The notes beneath the pieces are model-generated. The model worked only from the letters and a program-made list of their open reading frames with translations. It was not told where the DNA came from and ran no database searches. A program made the translations under genes and the position numbers. Positions 18,313 through 27,950 of a stretch of DNA of 64,000 nucleotides are shown here, in pieces. Location: IMG/VR virus record IMGVR_UViG_3300044694_000062, positions 1-64,000 of that record; one strand, 5' to 3'. The DNA is from an uncultured virus (IMG/VR IMGVR_UViG_3300044694_000062) (taxonomy: Duplodnaviria > Heunggongvirae > Uroviricota > Caudoviricetes). Every line of letters starts with the position of its first letter. Positions within the stretch are counted from its first letter, which is position 1.

Positions 18313-18546
18313 ATGGAAACGATCTACGTCCTTCACCCGGGCTGCGTGCGCTCGCCGCACGACGGCCAATACCACCACATCGGCGCCTCGCGTCTGGCCG
18401 AGCTCTACCGCATCCCGCCGGGCCGCTGGGTCGTCTACGACGCCGATCTTCACGACCCCGCGCGCAAACCGCGCGACTGGGTGCTGGTGCACCTGTTCCC
18501 GCGCGACAGCGGCCGCTACGAACTGCCGGAGCCTGCGCCTGCCTGA
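18313..18546 (+). CDS. Hypothetical phage protein
   Basis: YVLHPGCVRSPHDGQYHHIGASRLAELYRI; good codon usage. Confidence 0.6.
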   Translation: METIYVLHPGCVRSPHDGQYHHIGASRLAELYRIPPGRWVVYDADLHDPARKPRDWVLVHLFPRDSGRYELPEPAPA

Positions 18547-18568
18547 TCCTTAATCTGTCGCGCCGCTC

Positions 18569-18611
18569 AAAAAAGCGTAGCCCCGGCGCGCAGTTGCGAT
18601 GCCGGGGCTAC
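18569..18611 (-). terminator. Intrinsic terminator
   Basis: Perfect 11-bp stem GTAGCCCCGGC/GCCGGGGCTAC followed by GCTTTTTT on the minus strand. Confidence 0.85.
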
Positions 18612-18708
18612 TCGTCGGGCGCGGGTTGGGCGCGTCAGCGTTTCATCGTCGATCTCCTGGCTGGTGAGGTTGGTCTAGGCTTTCCGTCCAAGAGCCTTCA
18701 TCGTCACG

Positions 18709-20781
18709 TCACGACGCCACGAATAGCACGCACCCGGGCTGCTCGGGCTTCACCAGGAAGCCGCGTTCATCGCACCGGCCGGTTTCGGGGTTGCGCGCGC
18801 TGCAGCGCCCGCACACGTCGCCCGCGGGGATCTCCTGCCGCACCAGCTGCTTCAGCTGCTCGGGGATGATCGGGTTCTTCAGCATCGCGTCTTTCTCGAT
18901 CACGTCGTCTCCCGGCAGGATGAAAGTGCTGGTGCCGTGCGCGCGTGCCCAGGCCACGTCGCAGAGCATGTTGGCGTAGCTGAAGTGCGGATCTATGCCG
19001 ACCTTGCGCACGCAGCGCTTGTACTTGTTGGTGCCCTTCTCCTCGTCGAGCTCGGCCACCAGGGCGGTCTTCGTGAAGTGGTACCAGGCGCGCGGCAGCA
19101 CCGGCATCAGCTGCATGCGGCCCTCGTGCATCACCTCCTGCACCAGCGCCTTGCTGTCGGGGAACAGGCATAGGCCTTTGACGATGCGCATCATCGAGAC
19201 CTGCATGCACTTGTACTGGTCCATGCGCAGCGTGTAGCGGTCGCGCGCCTCGTCGCTGGTGCGGCGGTCGCTGGCGTCGAGCTTCGGCGCGTCGCCCCAC
19301 ACGATCATGCCCTCTTTCACCTCGCCGAAGCTGTTGCACAGGAAGACCTTGCCAGGGTGGCGGTTGGCGAAGTTGTGCGCGTCGTTGTAGTTCGGGTTCT
19401 GCTCCAGCACGCAGCACTGCACGCCGTACTGCTCCATGAGCTCGTCGCAGCGCTTGAACGGCTCCTTGCTGTAGACCTCCTCGACGTGGATCGTCGCCTG
19501 GCGCCCATCGGGCAGCCGTTCCTTGATCACCACCACGTTGTAGCGGCCCATCTGGTCGATGCCCATGAATGTGCCGCGCGCTCGCTGCTTCCACTGCAGC
19601 CCCAGCGCGATGCCGGCGGCTTCGGCAGCGCGACAGTGCTCCATGGTCACCGGAATCTGCGACGGGTCGAGGTAGGGCTTGCCGAGCTTCCGGTTGTAGA
19701 AGTTCTTCATGTCCTCGGCCGTGTTGTAGGCGTCGAGGATTTCGCCGGCGCTGATCGTCGGCGAGAGGAACTGCGGGAAGTGCAGCGAGCGGATGCGCCG
19801 CGGCCGGTCCTTCTTCGGGATCGTGGTGTCGATCGGCGGGTCGGCTTCCGGGTTGTCGGCGCGCCACTCACCTTGCTGCGTGTCGTCGATCCAATGGCCG
19901 CTTGGGCAAACGTAGCGGTGCGCGCGGCGCTCGGGGTCGTACTTGATGCACTCCGGGAAGTAGTCATCCAGCGGCTTCTCGCTGCCGCATGTCGTGCAGC
20001 GCGTGTAGAAGCGGTGCTGGCTGCCCTTCTTGTACCACCAGTGGATATCCAGGTCGGGCCAGTTGGCAGTGCTGCCCATCTGCATGAAGCGGATCGACGA
20101 CGCGCTCAAGCGCTCGTAGGTCTTTTCGATCTGCTCCAGCGTCATCTCCTGCACCTCGTCGAAGGACAGCACGTCCATCGGGATCGACTCGGTGGTGGCC
20201 TTGCCGCTGGTCCAGCTGAAGATGAACAGCGCCTGATCGATGCGCCGGCGGTTGACGTTGCCCTCGCCTGCCTTGCGGCCAGATCCGTCGGCCGCGTCTT
20301 GCGTCATCAGGCTGTGCACCTCTGGCACGCTGCGCACGATCGGCATGAACCGCTCGGTCGACTTCACGCCGGCCAAGTTCATGTCTGGCAGGAACATGCC
20401 GACGGTGGCCGGCCCGAAGCGCAGACCAAGGTAGATCGCGGCCAGCATCTCGAACACCGTGAAGCCGACCTGCGCGCACTTCATCATCACCAGGCACAGG
20501 CGGAAGGCTTCATCCTCGGTGCTCGGGATCTGGTCGTAGACCCACGCCATCGCTGGCCGGTCCTCTAGTGTGAATGGCTTGCCGTCGACCTTGAGGCCAT
20601 CGGCGGCCAGCTGCTCGACCCATTCGCGGAACGTGGTGCCTGGCTCGATCACCTTGCGGCGCTCGGTCACCACGAAGCCGGTCTTTGCCTCCAGGGCGGC
20701 GATCGCAGCGCCCAGGCCCGACTCCCAGTCGTTCACGCTCGCCTTGTTGGCGCGCCAGCGGCCGCTCGTGGGTCCGCCCAT
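18709..20781 (-). CDS. Terminase large subunit (lambda GpA-like)
   Basis: MMKCAQVGFT, LSFDEV, FYNRKLGKPY, FMGIDQ and DPHFSYAN. Confidence 0.9.
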   Translation of the reverse strand: MGGPTSGRWRANKASVNDWESGLGAAIAALEAKTGFVVTERRKVIEPGTTFREWVEQLAADGLKVDGKPFTLEDRPAMAWVYDQIPSTEDEAFRLCLVMMKCAQVGFTVFEMLAAIYLGLRFGPATVGMFLPDMNLAGVKSTERFMPIVRSVPEVHSLMTQDAADGSGRKAGEGNVNRRRIDQALFIFSWTSGKATTESIPMDVLSFDEVQEMTLEQIEKTYERLSASSIRFMQMGSTANWPDLDIHWWYKKGSQHRFYTRCTTCGSEKPLDDYFPECIKYDPERRAHRYVCPSGHWIDDTQQGEWRADNPEADPPIDTTIPKKDRPRRIRSLHFPQFLSPTISAGEILDAYNTAEDMKNFYNRKLGKPYLDPSQIPVTMEHCRAAEAAGIALGLQWKQRARGTFMGIDQMGRYNVVVIKERLPDGRQATIHVEEVYSKEPFKRCDELMEQYGVQCCVLEQNPNYNDAHNFANRHPGKVFLCNSFGEVKEGMIVWGDAPKLDASDRRTSDEARDRYTLRMDQYKCMQVSMMRIVKGLCLFPDSKALVQEVMHEGRMQLMPVLPRAWYHFTKTALVAELDEEKGTNKYKRCVRKVGIDPHFSYANMLCDVAWARAHGTSTFILPGDDVIEKDAMLKNPIIPEQLKQLVRQEIPAGDVCGRCSARNPETGRCDERGFLVKPEQPGCVLFVAS

Positions 20782-20782
20782 G

Positions 20783-21457
20783 TCAGACCCTGGCGTTTAG
20801 CGTCATCCCCGTGCGCGCGTTCAGCGCGGCCAGGCGGCGCATGATGCGCTGCTGGCATTCCGGTGATTCCTTGCCGATCTCGTCGACCACAGTCTCGTAG
20901 AAGTTCTGCATCGTGCGCAGGTTCCACACCTCGCTCATGGCCTTCATCGCGCTGTCGGCCAGGTTCAGCCGGCGCTGAATCTGCTTCTCGAACAGCAGCG
21001 GGTTCTTGATGCCCTCGGCCTGCTCGCCCGTGTCGGGATCGGTCACCATCTTGACCGCGTGCTTGCGCAGCATGTCGATGTCGTGCTTCGCCTGCGAGAG
21101 GCAGCCTAGGATGTCGAGGTTGCGCATGCCGCGCTCGCCGGCGCTCGCGACGTAGTGCGGCGATGGCGCCACCGGCAGGTTCTTGCCGATGTCGGTGTCC
21201 ATGATCTCCTCGACGCGCGCCGCGGCCGCGCTCAGGTCGGTCTTGCGCGGGCCCGCGGCTTTGACCTGGCGGATCCACCCCCAAACCGTGTGGTGGCCGA
21301 CGCCTTGGCCCTTCTCGTATCGCTCGTAGATCGGCCGCAGGTCACTCTCGCCGTTGACGAACAGGTGGTTGTAAATCCACTCGATCGCTTCAGCGCGCAG
21401 CGGGTGGCTGTTGCCGTGCTTCAGGTCCGGTTTCGCTTTGGGGTTCGGGTTCACCAT
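20783..21457 (-). CDS. Probable terminase small subunit
   Basis: Directly upstream of the large subunit; helical 224 aa; has its own late-promoter motif. Confidence 0.6.
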   Translation of the reverse strand: MVNPNPKAKPDLKHGNSHPLRAEAIEWIYNHLFVNGESDLRPIYERYEKGQGVGHHTVWGWIRQVKAAGPRKTDLSAAAARVEEIMDTDIGKNLPVAPSPHYVASAGERGMRNLDILGCLSQAKHDIDMLRKHAVKMVTDPDTGEQAEGIKNPLLFEKQIQRRLNLADSAMKAMSEVWNLRTMQNFYETVVDEIGKESPECQQRIMRRLAALNARTGMTLNARV

Positions 21458-21827
21458 GCGCGGAGGATACCGTCACAGCGGCCGCTTCTGCTCGAATTTG
21501 ACGAACACGGGCCTCGGTTATGCCGACCGCGCGCGCCACGTGCGCCGTGCGCTTGCCGGCGGCCAGCAGCTTCAGCGTCTTTCGCCGGATGGTCTCGGTC
21601 TCGACGCGGCGCCGCAGCCCCTTGCGCGCGCGGTGCAGCTCGCGCGCCAGCGCGGCCGCGCCCATGCCGCTCAGCGTGGCGGCCAGCACCTCAACGGTCT
21701 CGAACTCGACGTGAGGGTGCGCCAGCGCGGTCGGGATCGTGCACAGGCGCACGTGGCGCACTGCGCCCACCTCCAGCGGCTCGGTGCGCAGCAGGCGCGT
21801 CGGGCGGCCGCAGATGGGGCAGAGCAT
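21390..21827 (-). CDS. Zn-ribbon + HTH protein, candidate late transcription regulator
   Basis: MLCPICGRPTRLLRT...HVRLC...FETVE, with a C-terminal HTH (TAHVARAVGITEARVRQIR). Confidence 0.6.
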   Translation of the reverse strand: MLCPICGRPTRLLRTEPLEVGAVRHVRLCTIPTALAHPHVEFETVEVLAATLSGMGAAALARELHRARKGLRRRVETETIRRKTLKLLAAGKRTAHVARAVGITEARVRQIRAEAAAVTVSSAHGEPEPQSETGPEARQQPPAAR

Positions 21828-22123
21828 CAGCGGAGCGAGTGGTAGACCTGCTCGATCACCTCGTCGCGCAGCTCCGGCGTGAGCGGGCGGCCATAGAACC
21901 GCTCCAAGTCCTGCCTGACCTGCCGCGCGAGCCAACGCAACTTGCGCTGCCTCGCGTAGAACCTGGCACGACGCGCCCGCTTACCGCCAGGCGGCCGCGG
22001 CCACAGCTTGCGGCAGTTCTTGGCGTTCCACCGGGCGGCGATCGGAAGCGTCACCTGCAGCTCGGTGATCGAGCCTTGGTACTCGTGGCCGTCGATGATC
22101 AGGGTCCAAGGGCTGTTATCCAC
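21827..22123 (-). CDS. Hypothetical protein
   Basis: Tightly coupled ORF with GGAGG RBS. Confidence 0.55.
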   Translation of the reverse strand: MDNSPWTLIIDGHEYQGSITELQVTLPIAARWNAKNCRKLWPRPPGGKRARRARFYARQRKLRWLARQVRQDLERFYGRPLTPELRDEVIEQVYHSLR

Positions 22124-22331
22124 GGCGCCTGTGCCTCCAAATCAAGAACACCGGCCACAGCAACCAGATCAGGCACTGCCCGAGTAGCGGGCCGCGCTTG
22201 TACCACTCCATCAGCTCGCCGTCGCGGTCTTCGCAGGCCATGGCGATGCTGAACAGGATGTGCCAGGCCGTGATGACGCCAGGCACCATCAGGAAGATCA
22301 GCAGCGCGTTGATGGCAGCGTGGGCGTTCAT
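22116..22331 (-). CDS. Small membrane protein
   Basis: Two hydrophobic stretches; overlapping start/stop. Confidence 0.55.
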   Translation of the reverse strand: MNAHAAINALLIFLMVPGVITAWHILFSIAMACEDRDGELMEWYKRGPLLGQCLIWLLWPVFLIWRHRRRG

Positions 22332-22573
22332 GCTGCCCTCGCCTTCAGCATGGCGTCGGCGATGCGGTACCAGTGGCGAGCGAGGCGGTCGATGGTGTCG
22401 TCTTTGATGTCCATCGGCACACCTGGTACGTCGCCGTCGCACATCGCAGCCAACTCACCTTGCATCGCCATCCCCGCGAAGTGATCGCGCAGGGACATGC
22501 CTCTCTCGATCTGGTGCCCGGGCAGCGTGTGCGGGAACGCCGGCCCGCCGTCGTCGCGCTCGCCGCCGCTCAC
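22328..22573 (-). CDS. Conserved phage protein (GGPAFP...GMSLRDHFA family)
   Basis: Recognisable small phage protein motif. Confidence 0.75.
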   Translation of the reverse strand: MSGGERDDGGPAFPHTLPGHQIERGMSLRDHFAGMAMQGELAAMCDGDVPGVPMDIKDDTIDRLARHWYRIADAMLKARAA

Positions 22574-22836
22574 GCCGACACCCCGCGCAGCTTCAGGTGC
22601 TGCTCCACGACGTCGAGGCAGTCCTGCACGGTCTTGATCTTCTCGGCGTGCTCGTCGGGGATCTCGATGCCGAACTCGTCTTCGAGGGCCATGACGATCT
22701 CGACGGTATCGAGGCTGTCGGCGCCCAGGTCTCCGACCAGGCTGCTCTCGGGCTTCACGTTGTCGTCGAGGTTGTCGTAGCTCAGGCCCAGCTGCTCGGC
22801 GACGAGCTTCTTGATGCGGTCAAATGTGCTTTTCAT
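22570..22836 (-). CDS. acpP: Acyl carrier protein
   Basis: [37 protein letters not shown] with the phosphopantetheine Ser intact. Confidence 0.95.
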   Translation of the reverse strand: MKSTFDRIKKLVAEQLGLSYDNLDDNVKPESSLVGDLGADSLDTVEIVMALEDEFGIEIPDEHAEKIKTVQDCLDVVEQHLKLRGVSA

Positions 22837-22943
22837 TGCGGTCTCCAGGTGCTGGCGCGCCCAAAGCGCGCCCGATGATCAGGCCGGCGTCGCTAACTGC
22901 TTGCCACGCAAGGGCCGGCCGGCCGTGCGCGACAGATTAAGTG

Positions 22944-23294
22944 TCAGTCGTGCGGGCCGTGCGGACCGCCGCTGCGGTCGCCCATCCAGCCTCGCGGCTT
23001 GGCCTGGCGCCGTGCCGCGTCGCTGCAGTCGAGAATCAGCGCGCGCTCGATGTCCGGCAGCAGCTGGGCCATGGCCTCGCGCACCGCGTCATCGTAGTCG
23101 CCGCTGTTGAGGTTCTGGTTCAGCAGGTCGGCGGCCTGGAACAGCCGCGCCAGCGGCTCTCGCAGGTCGATCTGCTGGGGCAGTGCCTCGCCGCGTCGCG
23201 CGAGCTCGGCCTTCAGCTGCTCGGTGCTGCAGGCCTGCAGGGTGTGCTTCTCGACCGTGGCGGCGAGAAACTTGACCAGTTCATTGCCGTCCAT
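22944..23294 (-). CDS. Hypothetical protein
   Basis: Operon-packed ORF. Confidence 0.55.
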   Translation of the reverse strand: MDGNELVKFLAATVEKHTLQACSTEQLKAELARRGEALPQQIDLREPLARLFQAADLLNQNLNSGDYDDAVREAMAQLLPDIERALILDCSDAARRQAKPRGWMGDRSGGPHGPHD

Positions 23295-23296
23295 GG

Positions 23297-24364
23297 TCAG
23301 CGTTCCGGCGTGATGTCGACGCACGGGGTGGTGCTGCGATCGCCTGCGCCAGCCGGACGCAGGTCAGGCATTACAAACAGCTCCTCGCGCAGCTGCTTCT
23401 TCAGCTGCTCGTAGAACGGGCCGGAGATCCGCGGAACGCCGGTCGGTGCGCTCCCGTCTTTCATCTCGCCCGCCATCCTCGCCGCGTTGGGCAGCACGTT
23501 GTACCCACGGCCCGCCAGAGCGCGCTCCAGCATGTCGAGCGGTAGCAGGTCGAGCACGTCGATGGGATCAGCGTACTTCTCGTCTTGGTAGTAGCTTCTC
23601 ATCCCTGCAGAGAGGCGAATCGCTTCCTCAATGCGTTCCGGCGGCGTGATCTTGATCTTCAAGCGCTCCCGCGCAGTCGCCCACAGTCGCACCAGGCTGG
23701 CCGCCACCGGGTCGCGACCGAGCAGCGTGAACATCGGCTCGCTGGCCCTGCGTTTGGTGATGCAGGGGTCGGAGGCGACGGCTTCCGCCATCAGCTCTGC
23801 CCGCTCCTGCGTGGTGTGGTGCAGCACCGCGTGACCGCGCGCATTGGCCTCGGCCAGCAGCTGCTGGTCGGTGGCGCTGCTGAGCAGCGGGCCCGCCGAA
23901 TCGATCGGCTTCGCATACCCCGGCGGCGTCCAGCCCATCTCGATCAGCTTGGCCGACAGCGCACTCTCGGTGCTCGCGGCGTCGTCGAGGATGTAGCGCG
24001 CGATACGGCCGCTGGAGTCGGGAATGTCGACGGTGTGTCGCGGCTTCTCGAACACCTCCAGCAGCTCGGCCTTCTCCTCGGCGGTGACGGTGGACGTCTT
24101 CGCCGCCTGCTCGCGCTGGTACGGCATCCACGTGGCGCACCCATGGCTCCGCGGCCGGCTGTCGACGTCGCCCTGGTGCAGCGGCACGCGGTGGCGCGAG
24201 TACATCGCGCCCATGTGGTCGACGATGAACAGGTTCACGAAGCCATCTTCGTGCACGTAGATCACGGTCGCGTCGAGCGCCTGGTCGGCACTGCTCACTG
24301 CCATCGACGTGTCGTTGGTGGGCCAGTACCAGACCTTGCGGCCAATGGTGGGTTTGATCTCCAA
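23297..24364 (-). CDS. Hypothetical mosaic phage protein
   Basis: TTG start with GGAG RBS; IKPTIGRKVWYWP...WMPYQ and EPMFTLLGRDPVA modules. Confidence 0.65.
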   Translation of the reverse strand: MEIKPTIGRKVWYWPTNDTSMAVSSADQALDATVIYVHEDGFVNLFIVDHMGAMYSRHRVPLHQGDVDSRPRSHGCATWMPYQREQAAKTSTVTAEEKAELLEVFEKPRHTVDIPDSSGRIARYILDDAASTESALSAKLIEMGWTPPGYAKPIDSAGPLLSSATDQQLLAEANARGHAVLHHTTQERAELMAEAVASDPCITKRRASEPMFTLLGRDPVAASLVRLWATARERLKIKITPPERIEEAIRLSAGMRSYYQDEKYADPIDVLDLLPLDMLERALAGRGYNVLPNAARMAGEMKDGSAPTGVPRISGPFYEQLKKQLREELFVMPDLRPAGAGDRSTTPCVDITPER

Positions 24365-24417
24365 GGTGCTTCTCCAAAGATGCGGCGCGACCGGGCCGCG
24401 CGGTTGATCAAATTTGA

Positions 24418-24723
24418 TTATGACATGCAGGCCGCGCGGTAGGAGGCTTCGCGGCGCATTTCGTGCTGGCGCTGCCACGCCGTGATCATCGACTCGCGCA
24501 GCTGCGCAATGCGCCGATCCGCGATCATCAGTTGGCACGAGAACGGATGGTTGCTGTATCTCACCGCTGGCTTGCCGCGCTCAGCCGCACGACGCTTGGC
24601 GCGAAAGATCACGATCGGCATGTTGCCGTGCGCCAAGTAGCGCGCCCGCTTGCGCTTGCGCGTCAGCGTGATGCCTGCCGCGCTCAGGTGGCGAGGGTTG
24701 CTGGAGTGGTAGAAGTTCGCCAT
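24418..24723 (-). CDS. Hypothetical basic protein
   Basis: Operon-packed ORF. Confidence 0.5.
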   Translation of the reverse strand: MANFYHSSNPRHLSAAGITLTRKRKRARYLAHGNMPIVIFRAKRRAAERGKPAVRYSNHPFSCQLMIADRRIAQLRESMITAWQRQHEMRREASYRAACMS

Positions 24724-24725
24724 TG

Positions 24726-25268
24726 TCAGAACGCCAGCGCCGACCTGCGCTCGCGGTTCGGGGCGATCATGCTCAGCAGGCGCAGCAGGTCGGGCCAGTC
24801 GGGGCTTCGGCACGTCCTGCGGACGAGATTGATCGGCCCGTGCCGTTGCGTGCCAAAGATCACCAGCATGCCGCGAAACGCCACGCAGTTCGCTCGGTGC
24901 GGCCGATCGTCCACCAGGATGTCGCGCTCGCACCCCAGCATCCCCTTGTCGTGCGTGATGATCAGCTTGCGCTTGAGTTCGGGCAGGTGCTTGAAGACCC
25001 ATTCGGCCTTGTCGGCGTAGGCCCAGCTGATGCCGGTGGGAGGCTTGGTGGCGAGCCAGACGTCGAAGCCCATGCCGATGATGGAGCGCACGCCGTCGAG
25101 CGCGCCGGGGGTCGGCAGCATGTTGGCGTAGGCTCCCGCGCTGCGCTTCACGTCGTCGCCGGTGAAAGGCGCCGAGCCCGAGAAGGCGATGGTTTCGTTG
25201 AGGTGGCGCAGGTAGCCCTCGAAGTCAACCACCACGCCGTCCATGTCGAGGAAGACGCGGCGGGTCAT
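24726..25268 (-). CDS. HAD-family 5'(3')-deoxyribonucleotidase-like protein
   Basis: VFLDMDGVVVDF, DKAEWV, THDKGML and ILVDDRP. Confidence 0.85.
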   Translation of the reverse strand: MTRRVFLDMDGVVVDFEGYLRHLNETIAFSGSAPFTGDDVKRSAGAYANMLPTPGALDGVRSIIGMGFDVWLATKPPTGISWAYADKAEWVFKHLPELKRKLIITHDKGMLGCERDILVDDRPHRANCVAFRGMLVIFGTQRHGPINLVRRTCRSPDWPDLLRLLSMIAPNRERRSALAF

Positions 25269-25563
25269 GAAAGCAGCCACTTCCAGACGAAGCCGACGAC
25301 GACGAAGGCCAAGACCATTTGCGCCACTGCTGGCGGCGCGAAGATCGCAACGCACGCGGCCGATGCTGCAGCGCCAGCTATGGCGATGCCGGTTCCAGTG
25401 CTCATGATTTCTCCAATGATGCCGGGATGCGCCCGGCGCGCGTTACTCGAATTTGATCATGATTTCGCCGGCTTGTGCGCGGGCTTCGGCAAATTCTTCA
25501 CGGGCAGCAGCGGGATGCGGCAGTCCTTCGACAGGTGGCCGGTGCCGCCGCAGCGGCAGCACT

Positions 25564-25917
25564 TCAGGCGGGCGTCGTGCATGACGCAGCCTCGCGCCGC
25601 TGGCGCGCGAGATCGCGCTTGCCGGCCTTCGGCGGGCGCGGCGTGCACTCCGGCCGCGGCGCGTCGGGCAGCTCCAACACGCTGGGCTGCCAGGCGTAGA
25701 CGGGCCACGGCTTGCCGCGACCATTGAACTGCTGCCTCCACTCCTTCACGTACAGCAGGCCCTCGGCGCGCAGCGCGTTGATGTAGCGGGCCGGCTGATC
25801 GTTCGGCTTGTCCTGGCCCATCGCCTCCGACAGCTCGGTGATGGTGCGAGGTTGCTTCACCAGCAGCGCCACCACCTCGGCGAAGCGGGCCAGGCCGGTT
25901 CCGGGCTGTGTGCTCAC
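25564..25917 (-). CDS. Winged-HTH-like protein
   Basis: PRTITELSEAMG...YINALRAEGLLYV. Confidence 0.55.
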   Translation of the reverse strand: MSTQPGTGLARFAEVVALLVKQPRTITELSEAMGQDKPNDQPARYINALRAEGLLYVKEWRQQFNGRGKPWPVYAWQPSVLELPDAPRPECTPRPPKAGKRDLARQRREAASCTTPA

Positions 25918-26459
25918 CGCTCGACCCTCGCGCAGGTCTCGGCGAACTGCCGCACGTCATCCTTCCACAGCCCGTAGCGTTCGACCGTCTTGTTGAACTC
26001 CTCGATGTCGTGCGCCACCAGGCAATAGATCGGCTCGCCGGTCTGCGTGTTGAAACGCGGCTCGCCATCGCGGTCGAGCGCCTGCTGCACGTGGCTGAGC
26101 TCGTGGTGCATCAGCGCCTCGCGCTGCAGGTCGGTCGCCTCGCGCCAGAAGTCCGCGCTGATCGTGACGATGTAGTCGGGCAGGAAGCCGTAGGCCTTGA
26201 CGATCAGGTGCTCGAAAAGCTCGCGCATGCGGCCCTGCACCTGCGGCTCGCTCACGCGGCCGATCACCTCGCGGCCGCCCTGCTTGTCGGGCGTGTAGCG
26301 CAGCAGGAACAGAAACCGGATCTCGTTCTCGACCAGGTGCTTGTGCTCGTCCAGTTTCATCACGCGGTGCGCGACGGTGGCGGGGTGCAGCGGGCCGTCC
26401 GGCGGCGCCTCGTAGGCGTCGAGCAGTTCGGCTTCAAGATCCTCGCGATCAGCGCTCAT
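25914..26459 (-). CDS. Putative phage metallopeptidase
   Basis: ALMHHELSH (HExxH) and HDIEEF...VERYG. Confidence 0.8.
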   Translation of the reverse strand: MSADREDLEAELLDAYEAPPDGPLHPATVAHRVMKLDEHKHLVENEIRFLFLLRYTPDKQGGREVIGRVSEPQVQGRMRELFEHLIVKAYGFLPDYIVTISADFWREATDLQREALMHHELSHVQQALDRDGEPRFNTQTGEPIYCLVAHDIEEFNKTVERYGLWKDDVRQFAETCARVER

Positions 26460-26805
26460 CGCCGCACGCTCCGACGAGGTACTGGTAGGGGATGCTGTCG
26501 CCGTCCAGGTAGTCCTCGCGCCGGCGCCGCGGCGGCTCGGGCGGCCGGTAGCCGGCGGGCACGATCGGCGTCACCGGCTGCAGCTCGCGCAGCTGGGCGC
26601 GCAGCGCGTTCAGGTCGCCGTAGCGCGAGCGGCCGGCCACCAGGTCGTCGAGGAACTGCAGCGCGGCGGCGCTCTGCGGGAACTCGCTCAGGCCTCCGTG
26701 CACGTGGGCGTGCGCGATGCGCCAGCGTGCGAGCTCCGACAGCTCGGGCCCGGCCACCCAGGAACGGATCAGGTTGCGGAACCAGGAGCGCACCGCGCCT
26801 CCCAT
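26449..26805 (-). CDS. Hypothetical protein
   Basis: Operon-packed ORF. Confidence 0.5.
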   Translation of the reverse strand: MGGAVRSWFRNLIRSWVAGPELSELARWRIAHAHVHGGLSEFPQSAAALQFLDDLVAGRSRYGDLNALRAQLRELQPVTPIVPAGYRPPEPPRRRREDYLDGDSIPYQYLVGACGDER

Positions 26806-26887
26806 GCTGCGGCCACGCAGCGCGCGGCGGCCTCGAAGTTGCCGGTGTAGGCGTGCCACCAGGCGCACCAGGTGAGGAATGCAGCGT

Positions 26888-27235
26888 TCACGCGGCCTCC
26901 GGTTCGGGTTGGGTGATACGAATCCCGCGCGGCAGCGCCGACAGCCAGGTCGGAACGAAGCGCATGCCGATGAACTGCGGGCTCTCGCGACCTGGATAGC
27001 GGCGCTGCTCTGCCGTCGTCAGCCTGCCCTCGCTCCAGTCGATGCCCTTTTGCGTGAGCACCCACGGCACTGCAGCACCCTTGCCGGAGCACTTCACGAG
27101 GCCGTGCTTCGCCGCGCTTTCCAGCCCGCGCGCCGCGTAGAACGCGCCGCCGATGCGCAGCTCCACCTGCGCGGCCGTGGCGCTGCCGCCAAGCTCGTGC
27201 AGGGCCCTCGTGACGATCTGCCAGCATGTAGCCAT
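26888..27235 (-). CDS. Hypothetical protein (leaderless, late-promoter motif)
   Basis: TCGTGA-CGC-CACGAT-N6-ATG. Confidence 0.6.
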   Translation of the reverse strand: MATCWQIVTRALHELGGSATAAQVELRIGGAFYAARGLESAAKHGLVKCSGKGAAVPWVLTQKGIDWSEGRLTTAEQRRYPGRESPQFIGMRFVPTWLSALPRGIRITQPEPEAA

Positions 27236-27272
27236 GCAGTGATCGTGGCGTCACGAGTGCCCGCGCAGGTGA

Positions 27273-27944
27273 TCAGGCGAACAGGCTTTTCCCGTAGACC
27301 GCTTCGCAGACCGCGCGGCAGCGCTCCAGGTCGAAGCGGTCGTTCTCGTCGCGCACGCCGGTCTCCATGTCGAGCCAGTAGCGCTGGGCCGTCAGGCCGA
27401 TCTCGTTGACCGCGTGCGCCACGTTGTCAGGGTTCAGGCCGCCGGCGTAGCCCTTGATGACGCCGCTGGTGTCGATCGGCCAGGCCTCCGGCTTGATGCC
27501 GCGGCCACCGCTCGCATCGAACAGCAGCGCGACGTCGGGATGCGAGCGCGTGAAGCCGTCGGCATGCCGGTGCTGCACGATCGCCTGGATGCGCACTCGC
27601 TGCGCCCACAGCGCCACCGAGGCATGGTTCGGCTCGGTGTGGTTGACCTGCGCGCGCCGGAACCAGCGCCCGAGCACCGCGTCGACGCCCTGGATTTGGC
27701 CGTTTTCCATGACCTCGCGCGCGTAGGCCCCGCACACGTGCGCCGACAGCGCCAGCTCGCGATGGTGCGAGATCAGGCCGCTGATGAACTGCCAAGACGG
27801 GTAGCGCGTATCCACGCCCTGGCGTGATCGCGACAGCAGCACACCCCACTCGATCGGGTACAGGCGCGACAGCGCCAGCATGCCGCCGATCGAGGTGTGA
27901 TCGTCGACGCCGGTGAAGGTGATGAACTCGGGTAATTGCCTCAT
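27273..27944 (-). CDS. TrpF/phosphoribosylanthranilate isomerase-like TIM barrel
   Basis: LLFDASGGRG, GYAGGLNPDNV and WLDMETGVR. Confidence 0.75.
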   Translation of the reverse strand: MRQLPEFITFTGVDDHTSIGGMLALSRLYPIEWGVLLSRSRQGVDTRYPSWQFISGLISHHRELALSAHVCGAYAREVMENGQIQGVDAVLGRWFRRAQVNHTEPNHASVALWAQRVRIQAIVQHRHADGFTRSHPDVALLFDASGGRGIKPEAWPIDTSGVIKGYAGGLNPDNVAHAVNEIGLTAQRYWLDMETGVRDENDRFDLERCRAVCEAVYGKSLFA

Positions 27945-27950
27945 GGTGGT

